DNA from: Candidatus Thorarchaeota archaeon
GTDB lineage: Archaea > Asgardarchaeota > Thorarchaeia > Thorarchaeales > Thorarchaeaceae
Assembly (NCBI GenBank): GCA_046758445.1
Contig: JBHIAE010000042.1
Span: 1-24,024 of the forward strand
Direction: 5' to 3'
Length of the DNA: 24,024 nucleotides
The translations under genes were made by a program, and so were the position numbers. Below the pieces are notes generated by a model that saw only the letters and a program-made list of their open reading frames with translations, had not been told where the DNA came from and searched no databases. Below are positions 17,110 through 24,024 of the stretch, piece after piece (the stretch's first letter is position 1; each line of letters starts with the position of its first letter).

Positions 17110-18534
17110 ATGACTGAAACAAGCGAAACCTTCGAGGCCCCTCAAGTGATACCCACCGACCGAAGGGAAAGAGTCGCATGGTATATGTTTGACTTTGCGA
17201 ATACTTCGTTCACAGTTCTAATTGTCACCGCCTTGTTTCCCCTCTACTTTCGAGTGTTAGTTTGGAATGAAACACTTGGAGATGCTATGTGGGGATATGC
17301 TGGTAGCGTCACAATGTTGATAATTGCAGTAACAGCGCCTGTGCTTGGTGCGATAGCTGATTTTGGAGGTACTAAGAAGAAATTCCTTATCTTCTACACT
17401 TCAGTATGTATTGCTCTAACAGCATTCATGGTTTTCCTTCCAGGCCTCACTCAATCACAGATAACTGCCATTCCAGATCCTAGACCAGCAAGTCCGCTAC
17501 CAGGGTTTGACTTTGCACCAATTCTTGGTTTGGATGTTTGGGTGTGGGCTTGGATAATCTTCATCATTGCGAATGTTGGTTTCCAAGGAGCACTTCCCTT
17601 CTATAATGCATGGCTTCCCGAAATCAGCACTGAGGAAAACATTGGTCGAATCGGAGGATACGGTTATGCCGCGGGTTATGTCGGAGCTATGGCCACGATT
17701 ATCATCGCTCTTCTTGTGATTCTGGCCGACCTCCCACACACATATGCATTCTTCGCAAGTGCGCTGTTCTTCCTTGTCTTTGCAATTCCAAGCATTAAAT
17801 GGCTGAAGAACAGACCAGCTAAGGCATTTCCTGGAGAAGAGGGTCAATCTCTCATTAGTTTAGGATATCGAAGAGTGAGAAACACTGTCAAGAATATCCG
17901 TAATTACATAGGTCTACCACTATTTCTTGTTGCGTACTTCCTCTTTAGCGATGCAATCACAACGGTAATCTATTATGCCGCAATATTCGGACAAGCAGTC
18001 TATGCATTCAGTACAACCATGATTCTCATCTTCTTCGCTGTGACTCAGCTCGCAGCGATTCCTGGTGCATTCATCTTTGGAGTTGTTGCAGACAGAATCG
18101 GTACAAGGAAGACTCTCATCATCACTCTGCTCATCTGGGTTATTGCTTTATCAATTGCCTACCTCTTTGTTGCTTACGGAGCACTAGTTTGGTGGACAGT
18201 TGGAATGATAGCTGGTGTTGGCATGGGTTCATCCCAAAGCACAGCCCGCAGCATGTATGGACAATTCATTCCTGAGGACAAGAAGTCTGAGATGTATGGG
18301 TTCTATGCATTGACAGGCAAATTCGCTGCAATTCTTGGACCATTTGTTTATGCATCAGTTCTATTATTGGTAAACCCGACTCAGAATCCAGCTCTTGTAG
18401 CCCAAGCCCATCTAACCGCTATGCTTGTCATATTGCTGTTCTTTGTGGTATCTATCCTCCTTCTTCTAAAGGTTCGTCAACCTGTGAAGGGAGAAGCCAA
18501 GGTCTACCTTGAGGATGATTTGCCATTTGCATAA
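17110..18534 (+). CDS. MFS transporter, Atg22/UMF1-like family
   Basis: AWYMFDFANTSF, PVLGAIADF.G.KKKF, FYNAWLPEI, GYGYAAGYVG, SQSTARS and GFYALTGK, with about 12 TM segments. Confidence 0.9.
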   Translation: MTETSETFEAPQVIPTDRRERVAWYMFDFANTSFTVLIVTALFPLYFRVLVWNETLGDAMWGYAGSVTMLIIAVTAPVLGAIADFGGTKKKFLIFYTSVCIALTAFMVFLPGLTQSQITAIPDPRPASPLPGFDFAPILGLDVWVWAWIIFIIANVGFQGALPFYNAWLPEISTEENIGRIGGYGYAAGYVGAMATIIIALLVILADLPHTYAFFASALFFLVFAIPSIKWLKNRPAKAFPGEEGQSLISLGYRRVRNTVKNIRNYIGLPLFLVAYFLFSDAITTVIYYAAIFGQAVYAFSTTMILIFFAVTQLAAIPGAFIFGVVADRIGTRKTLIITLLIWVIALSIAYLFVAYGALVWWTVGMIAGVGMGSSQSTARSMYGQFIPEDKKSEMYGFYALTGKFAAILGPFVYASVLLLVNPTQNPALVAQAHLTAMLVILLFFVVSILLLLKVRQPVKGEAKVYLEDDLPFA

Positions 18535-18556
18535 TGATTGCATTCCATTGGAAATT

Positions 18557-18604
18557 GGGTTCCCTCTCACTATTTGAGATGGGAACTCCCTCATTCTTTT
18601 TCTT
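18557..18604 (+). terminator. Hairpin plus T tract between the convergent MFS and kinase genes
   Basis: GTTCCCTCTCA-CTATT-TGAGATGGGAAC stem with one bulge, followed by TTCTTTTTCTT. Confidence 0.55.
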
Positions 18605-18658
18605 GATACCAAATATGAAACCTAGAAGCTTTCAATCCTTGACAAGTTTGACTCCATA

Positions 18659-20413
18659 CTAGCCTGCCGAACACGACATCATGATCATCTTCAGGACTGC
18701 GGTTCTTATGTCGTCCTCCTCTTGGTAGCCCTCCAGTTCCTCCTCACAGATTCGGACAGTTGGCATAGCAGCTAGGTCCTCTTCGGAAACCTCTGAATCT
18801 GGATCATCTACGTTGACGACCGAGATTAGGGACCGTGATACGCCCAGCTCGTCTACGACTCCCATGAGAGTTTCGTAGACGGGACCACAGAACACACAGT
18901 GTTCTGACTTGTAGAAGGTTATGCATGTATCTCTGCTGCAAGGCAGTTCAACCTCCTCTTTCCAAGCAGGAAGTTCTACTACAAACGTGCTACCTTGTAT
19001 GGGATCGCCCGAAACGCGGTCCTCAACCCATACCCGGCCACCGAGGTCGCTCACAAGCTGATTCACAACAGTCAGACCGAGTCCACTACTCGAAGCATGT
19101 TCGTCATATTCGCCAGTTCTCCTGAAAATGCTCTCCTTCATTTCATCGGAAATTCCAGGACCATGATCAGAGAACTCGATCTTCATTCTCTGACCCATAT
19201 CGATGAGCTCTGCGTTGACATCCATCTCAACCTCTTTCCGTTCGTCGTACATTAGCGCATTATGGATTATCACAAAGAAGACGCTCCACAACCACGCGTG
19301 GGCAGGTACCCAAAATGCATCATCCTCAATATTCGAATTCACTTTGATACTCTTCGTTTCAAAGTCCCTGTCTGCCTCTCTAAGCCCTCTCTGGAAATGC
19401 GGCCATAGATCAGTCTTCGAAATGGTGGGCGGCGAGTCCCTGAGCATGATGATTGCCCTCATATTGGCGATCATCCGGGCTGCTCGTCTGATGTTCCACA
19501 GAGTTTCACTGAGGACTTCACGATGATGATCGGGTAAGTCAAGGGTCGTGCTGAGAAACTCGAGCGTGTAAAGGGCGCTATGATTCACGTTATTCAGGTC
19601 ACTTGTCATTACGCCAATATAGAGGTCAGCACGTTGTTTCTCTTCCAGCACCCTCTGCTCTGCTGCACGCCTCTGGGTCACGTCAAAGGCCATAAGGCCT
19701 ATCTCGGCTGGCTTTTCTGCACCTGTTGTAAGCGCACGAGAGGAAACATTCGCCCAGATGATCTTACCGTCTGGACGTTTCATCTCAATCTCAATTCCGC
19801 CGACACTCTTTCCTCTGAGGACCTCTCGAATCAGCTGTTCGCCCAGATCATAGTCTGGAGTGGTTTCGATCAGGAAGTTGCTTATGGGCCTGCCAATGAT
19901 ATCGCCGCCGTCACAATCGAACAGTTCCTCGGTTGCCTGGTTGATCTGTTCTATCATTCCATTTCGATTCAACATCAGGTAGGCGATTGGAGACATGTCG
20001 TACAAGGATGCGAATCTGTCTTCCAATGCGATTACTTCTGCTTCCAGGGCAATCTGCCTCGATACGTCTCGCACCGATGCCAGAACTGCAGACTCCCCTT
20101 CAAACACTACGCCAACAGGGTGTATCTCAACATGAAGTGTGTCCCCATCTTTCGACCTTAGCCTAGTATTAAATGCAGACAGGTCATCGCCAGAGTAGAG
20201 GGCATCGATCATCTTGCGATCAAATCGTTTCGCCAAGGGATCAAGTAGTTCTTCGAAAGATATGTCAAGTATGTCATCTGGTTCATAGTTTAGCATCGAA
20301 GAGAATGCTGCGTTCGAGAGGACCACGTCCTCATCCACAAGCACAATGATGCCGTCGTGAACTACTTCCAGAAGCCTATGATGCCATTCCGCTTCCTCTC
20401 TTTCGACAGCCAT
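18659..20413 (-). CDS. Cytoplasmic PAS-PAS-HisKA-HATPase sensor (probable pseudo-kinase) with a C-terminal thioredoxin-like domain
   Basis: Two PAS/PAC repeats (ending SVRDVS and AFDVT), an H-box reading MTSDLNN, an N box HNA, G1 DHGPGI, G2 GLGL, GSTF, then FYKSEHCVFCGP...MPTVRI. Confidence 0.88.
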   Translation of the reverse strand: MAVEREEAEWHHRLLEVVHDGIIVLVDEDVVLSNAAFSSMLNYEPDDILDISFEELLDPLAKRFDRKMIDALYSGDDLSAFNTRLRSKDGDTLHVEIHPVGVVFEGESAVLASVRDVSRQIALEAEVIALEDRFASLYDMSPIAYLMLNRNGMIEQINQATEELFDCDGGDIIGRPISNFLIETTPDYDLGEQLIREVLRGKSVGGIEIEMKRPDGKIIWANVSSRALTTGAEKPAEIGLMAFDVTQRRAAEQRVLEEKQRADLYIGVMTSDLNNVNHSALYTLEFLSTTLDLPDHHREVLSETLWNIRRAARMIANMRAIIMLRDSPPTISKTDLWPHFQRGLREADRDFETKSIKVNSNIEDDAFWVPAHAWLWSVFFVIIHNALMYDERKEVEMDVNAELIDMGQRMKIEFSDHGPGISDEMKESIFRRTGEYDEHASSSGLGLTVVNQLVSDLGGRVWVEDRVSGDPIQGSTFVVELPAWKEEVELPCSRDTCITFYKSEHCVFCGPVYETLMGVVDELGVSRSLISVVNVDDPDSEVSEEDLAAMPTVRICEEELEGYQEEDDIRTAVLKMIMMSCSAG

Positions 20414-20730
20414 ATGAATACCTCGCAGTCTTGGGCAGTTGCCGACAAGTTAGTCCGCTAACGCGGAATGCTCTAATAGTTCTACCGTGTCGAACCACGA
20501 TAGCAGAGGTTCCGCAAGTCTTTGATTGTTGCGGTTGGTCAACATTCAGGATAGGGACGAAGAGCCTCTCATTCCAAGAGAGAAGAGCAGTCGCAGCCGG
20601 TGTATGTCCTAACCACATATGTGATGGGAGATCCTGATTCTTTTGACATTCAACCACACCATATGTCACTACGCCAGTATTCATATTGTATCAAGAGGGC
20701 GGAGTCAGAAAGGCAGTCGGGTGAATCAAG

Positions 20731-20910
20731 ATACCTACTGTACTGGACGGGAACTGTTGCACGGGCTGTGGCAACTGCGTGAAGGTCTGCCGTTATGGAG
20801 TATATGAGAAGATAGATGAAACTCCACAGGTGGTCCATGTCCAGTACTGCAAAGAATGTGGGGACTGTATCAAGGAATGTCCAGAAGGGTGCATCAGGTT
20901 TAAGGACTAG
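20731..20910 (+). CDS. 2x[4Fe-4S] dicluster ferredoxin, 59 aa, apparent ATA start
   Basis: Not in the ORF track. Manual translation gives (I/M)PTVLDGNCCTGCGNCVKVCRYGVYEKIDETPQVVHVQYCKECGDCIKECPEGCIRFKD*, with two CxxCxxCxxxC motifs and a GGTGA RBS at 20720-20724. Confidence 0.88.
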   Translation: MPTVLDGNCCTGCGNCVKVCRYGVYEKIDETPQVVHVQYCKECGDCIKECPEGCIRFKD

Positions 20911-20927
20911 GACTCGGTATCTTGAGG

Positions 20928-21605
20928 ATGGAGAGTCGTACCTTGAGAATTGTCGTAGACATTGATGACACGCTAATCAATACGAGGCGTAGATTACAGG
21001 GAGTCTGGCAATTCATTCTCGACACCAAGATACCGCTTGACGACATCGAGATGCTCAGCACTGTGGAGGTCTTCGGGAAGTACTCCTCTGAAGAGCAGAA
21101 AGTCAGTATGAATGAACTCCGTGAGTACTATTGGGATCTGCTACTGTGTGTGGATGAAAGAGGAGTTGAATTGGCAGAGTTGGATGAGCCTATTCCATCC
21201 GCAGCAGACGTACTTCAGAAGTGGGCTGAGGAAAGCCAGATTATCCTACTGACTGGCCGTCCAGAAAACACACGCGAACTGACAATGCGTCAGCTGAAAG
21301 GTTTTGGGTTTCCCAGCGGAAAGGTAGAGTTGGTGATGTACAGACTCGAAGACTATGCCCGAGCCAGAGGCGCCGAATCAGGACCATCACTTGTCGAAAC
21401 CAGGGCTCGTCTGTTTTCACAGATATGCAGAGCGTATAGTGTGATCAGAGTGGTCGATGACTATCCTGGCTACTTCAGGACCTACAGGGAGTATGATGTT
21501 CCCGATAGGATGGGCCTTCTTCGTTCTCAAGCCTACTCACCAAGAAGCTTTCTGGAAAATGGTGCTACGAGAGTCGTGAGGGGTTGGCACGAGCTCTCAG
21601 GCTAA
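20928..21605 (+). CDS. HAD superfamily hydrolase
   Basis: Motif I VVDIDDTL, motif II LLTGR and motif IV VVDD. Start is ATG 20928 or TTG 20922. Confidence 0.85.
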   Translation: MESRTLRIVVDIDDTLINTRRRLQGVWQFILDTKIPLDDIEMLSTVEVFGKYSSEEQKVSMNELREYYWDLLLCVDERGVELAELDEPIPSAADVLQKWAEESQIILLTGRPENTRELTMRQLKGFGFPSGKVELVMYRLEDYARARGAESGPSLVETRARLFSQICRAYSVIRVVDDYPGYFRTYREYDVPDRMGLLRSQAYSPRSFLENGATRVVRGWHELSG

Positions 21606-21663
21606 TAGTCTAGGATGAACGGGATTTGGGGGAGTTTCAAAGTGGCAGTCGTGGTTCCAAGCA

Positions 21664-21762
21664 CTAGGGTGGCGTCCAGTAAAGCATCAATCCGAGGATG
21701 AAAAGGAAGATTGCCACGACAAGCAATACGACTTTGAGAATCATACGTCTTGTGCTATACAT
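21664..21762 (-). CDS. Putative 32-aa single-TM microprotein
   Basis: MYSTRRMILKVVLLVVAIFLFILGLMLYWTPP*, a basic N-terminus followed by an uninterrupted hydrophobic helix. Confidence 0.5.
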   Translation of the reverse strand: MYSTRRMILKVVLLVVAIFLFILGLMLYWTPP

Positions 21763-21824
21763 CTTGAGTCAGTCGTCGTCGTTGTCGCTTATAGGTTATA
21801 CCCTCAGAGCGGGGTTAGTCTGTC

Positions 21825-21920
21825 CTACATGCCAAACACGAACAGTCCCATGAGAAACACAGCAAACAATATGACCATGATGATAAGGAGAAGGGCTATG
21901 ACGATGTACCTGGGATTCAT
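21825..21920 (-). CDS. Putative 31-aa single-TM microprotein
   Basis: MNPRYIVIALLLIIMVILFAVFLMGLFVFGM*, with a GGTGA RBS 7 nt upstream of the ATG. Confidence 0.6.
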   Translation of the reverse strand: MNPRYIVIALLLIIMVILFAVFLMGLFVFGM

Positions 21921-22020
21921 TTACAGGTCACCGGAGACTCGAAAATCAACCCAGGAGCAAAGTCTTGTGTTTGACGCGTGACGGTCGCAGGGAATATGGG
22001 CACCATAAGCTGGCGTGGAT

Positions 22021-22857
22021 TCAGAACAGAATGTTTGCAGCCAAGCCATGTGTGCGACACAGGTCCTCAACTGTTTCCCGGACAGAATCATAGAACATGC
22101 TTTCGGGTCGGAGGGCCTTAATGATCTCGCTAGTCTTGTCAGGGAAATGTTCCGCCAGTGTCTTCCTAACCGCTGCTCCCACTCTCGGTCTCAGATTCAT
22201 CCTGTCGAAGTATGCGTAGTCGACACCTGCCTCACAGATCCTTCTGACCAAATCATCAAGCTCATATGTGGTAAGAAAGGGAATCATTGGTCCTACGAAG
22301 CAGTAAGTCTGTAGTCCTTGCTCCGAGAATGCCTTGAGTGTAGCGAGCCTCCGATTCGGAGATGGAACCCCCTGTTCGAAAGTCCTACACACAGCTTTGT
22401 CAAAGGTAATGATTGTGGCACCAATCTCATTCTCGGATGAGTACTCTAGCAGGTCTGCATCCCTAAGTACTAGGTCAGATTTGGTTAGTATTGAAACTGG
22501 GAATCCATTGTCGGCGAGGAGCTTCAGACATCGCCTCGTGACTTCGTAACGCCGTTCCAAGGGTTGATAGGCATCAGTAACGCTAGACAGTAACACTCTC
22601 TCTCGTTTGGCCTTGCGCTTACTCCAGAGTTGCTTCTCCAGAACCTCCGGCGAATTGATCTTCACATCTGTATACTTGCCCCATTCTTCACCGGCATGAC
22701 CAGTGAAACGTTCCATGAATCGTGCATAGCAGTAGCTGCACCCATGTTGACAGCCAACGTAAGGATTGATGGCGTATGCCACATCTGAAATCCTGCTCGT
22801 ATTCAGGACTGTCTTCGCCTTGACTTCCTTCACTCTAAAAGTACTCAAAAACATCAC
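22021..22857 (-). CDS. Radical SAM protein, spore photoproduct lyase-like (Rv2578c/SplB-related)
   Basis: INPYVGCQHGCSYCYAR, SSVTDAYQPLE, ILTKSDLVLRD and FE.GVPSP.RR motifs. Confidence 0.88.
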   Translation of the reverse strand: MMFLSTFRVKEVKAKTVLNTSRISDVAYAINPYVGCQHGCSYCYARFMERFTGHAGEEWGKYTDVKINSPEVLEKQLWSKRKAKRERVLLSSVTDAYQPLERRYEVTRRCLKLLADNGFPVSILTKSDLVLRDADLLEYSSENEIGATIITFDKAVCRTFEQGVPSPNRRLATLKAFSEQGLQTYCFVGPMIPFLTTYELDDLVRRICEAGVDYAYFDRMNLRPRVGAAVRKTLAEHFPDKTSEIIKALRPESMFYDSVRETVEDLCRTHGLAANILF

Positions 22858-23672
22858 ACCTCTCCTGTCTGATCTTCAGTTGCTCGGAAGACGAGGAAGG
22901 TGTAGTGACCGAGTCTACTAAGTACCTCAGGAGCAGCGTCTGAGTTCAGTTTCATCGCCTTCTTGGTTTTGAGGTCTAGATCTATCCCTTCTACGAATGT
23001 AAAGCCGCTGGCATTCAGAACCTTGACATTGTCAACGGGATAGAGAGAGCAGGGTTGAGCGACGACAAGTAGTGAACCATCTTTCATCGTGCTCCTGATG
23101 CCCTCCAGACTTCGTTTTGCATCGGTGTACGTCTTATAGTATTCAAAGAGATATCCAACAACGTCGTTATTGAGAATCCCGAACTCAAAGCAACCGTTGG
23201 GAAGAGGACCGCGACTCAATAAGTGGTCGTCCAGCCATGTCCTTTCATTGGGATGAAACTTAAGGTACTGAATCTCGGACGGTCGAAATGATGCTTCAAC
23301 GGTCATTTCCTCAAGTCTTGTATGTACTCCCCGGGCTCGAGAGTGTATCTGGTTCTCCTCAAACAGGCCAAGAAGACTATCCAGTCTCAGTGCATGCAAA
23401 TCAGTGCTATAGGTCGTCAGTCGTCTTATGAAGAAACCTAGATCAGCGATATTTGATTGCTTTTTCTTCAACCACTCATTAAGGAACTCACGAAACAACT
23501 TGATGAAGAAGGTCGGAACTCTGTCGTTCTCTCCTGAGGCGAAGTCGGCCAATAAGAAGTCATCAGCCTTATCGCTGACCCCGGCGTCCTTGTTTGCAAT
23601 GAGGTTGGCGCTAAGATACTCCATTACTTCTGGGCTTTCGCAGATCCAGCTGATAGGATAGAGCGTCCTCAT
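22854..23672 (-). CDS. Hypothetical protein, possibly a divergent class I SAM-dependent methyltransferase fold
   Basis: LLADFASG (motif I-like), YSTD (acidic end of the second strand) and SLEGIRSTMKDGSLLVV (LKPGG-like). Its stop overlaps the radical SAM start by 4 nt. Confidence 0.55.
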   Translation of the reverse strand: MRTLYPISWICESPEVMEYLSANLIANKDAGVSDKADDFLLADFASGENDRVPTFFIKLFREFLNEWLKKKQSNIADLGFFIRRLTTYSTDLHALRLDSLLGLFEENQIHSRARGVHTRLEEMTVEASFRPSEIQYLKFHPNERTWLDDHLLSRGPLPNGCFEFGILNNDVVGYLFEYYKTYTDAKRSLEGIRSTMKDGSLLVVAQPCSLYPVDNVKVLNASGFTFVEGIDLDLKTKKAMKLNSDAAPEVLSRLGHYTFLVFRATEDQTGEV

Positions 23673-23872
23673 TGCACCTTTGTTCAACGGTGGCTGAGAA
23701 TGTCTTGGCAGTGGCTATATGTTCTCTGGAATGTGAAACAAGACATTGACTCGAAGCCGTGTGAGCTCTCAGGTGGGTCAGTAGTAACAACAAGTGACCC
23801 TCATTTGTGGTGCCGCTTTATATACGGCTAATGGCTACCGTGAAAACAGTTGAAACCTAGGAGCGTCGTCAA

Positions 23873-24024
23873 TTGAGTAACAACGATTATGAAAATCCCG
23901 GGTCTGAGGGACCCGAATCAATAGATGATGAAGTTCACGACGAATCGCCACCAGTGTCTAAAGAACCCCGGAGGCGACGCAGAGGAAGACGCGCAATGCA
24001 ACGCAAGTCCTACGGGTCTGTAGC
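23873..24024 (+). CDS. Partial hypothetical protein with an acidic then Arg-rich N-terminus
   Basis: TTG after AGGAG, with a TTTATATA box at about 23817-23824. Reads MSNNDYENPGSEGPESIDDEVHDESPPVSKEPRRRRRGRRAMQRKSYGSV and stays open to the window edge. Confidence 0.5.
   Translation, partial: MSNNDYENPGSEGPESIDDEVHDESPPVSKEPRRRRRGRRAMQRKSYGSV

Noticed and set aside
17110-18534. Visibly more AT-rich MFS gene as a possible horizontally acquired island
   Set aside because: There are no flanking repeats, integrase or tRNA, hydrophobic codons explain part of the bias, and I could not quantify it.
20414-20719. Short ORFs (20376-20684, 20431-20637, 20600-20782, 20650-20838) or an ncRNA in the kinase-ferredoxin gap
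   Set aside because: They have no recognisable motifs and several overlap the real ferredoxin or kinase. Only short hairpins and palindromes (CCGCAA..TTGCGG, CACATATGTG) are present, which is not enough for an RNA call.
20686-20730. Selenocysteine read-through of the in-frame TGA upstream of the ferredoxin
   Set aside because: The TGA does not align with any cluster-ligand Cys, the upstream peptide (LYQEGGVRKAVG) is not ferredoxin-like, no SECIS was recognised, and the TGA is better explained as part of the GGTGA RBS.
263-23793. Numerous antisense and alternate-frame ORFs in the six-frame track (e.g. 3173-3610, 10012-10470, 12207-12698, 19580-20161)
   Set aside because: They are shadows of well-supported genes and carry no independent motifs.
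1-24024. CRISPR arrays, tRNA/rRNA genes, transposases, reverse transcriptases or defence systems
   Set aside because: I saw no regularly spaced repeats, cloverleaf/rRNA signatures or mobile-element motifs by eye.

Overview
This is an ordinary-density archaeal chromosomal window. It most resembles an Asgard archaeon (Thorarchaeota-like), inferred from a geranylgeranyl reductase, TrmB, GGTGA-type ribosome-binding sites, a profilin-like gene and a PAS/histidine-kinase/thioredoxin fusion. From left to right it holds: a lipoate-protein ligase (partial) with a LipS2-type radical SAM lipoyl synthase subunit; a YgbA-like Cys-rich protein; a minus-strand run of agmatinase-family, TrmB, geranylgeranyl reductase and M23-like genes; a membrane cluster (TRAP-beta/BatD-like surface protein, membrane proteins, wHTH regulator, divergent profilin-like protein); a complete BMP-type nucleoside ABC transporter; an alpha/beta hydrolase; a SnoaL-like protein; an Atg22/UMF1-like MFS transporter; a PAS-PAS histidine kinase lacking its phosphoacceptor His and fused to a C-terminal CxxC thioredoxin domain; a 2x[4Fe-4S] ferredoxin missing from the ORF track that appears to start at ATA; a HAD hydrolase; two tandem ~31-aa membrane microproteins missing from the ORF track; an SPL-like radical SAM protein; and a methyltransferase-like protein. 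I recognised no rRNA, tRNA, CRISPR array or mobile element. All family calls come from motifs recognised by eye, with no database searches.
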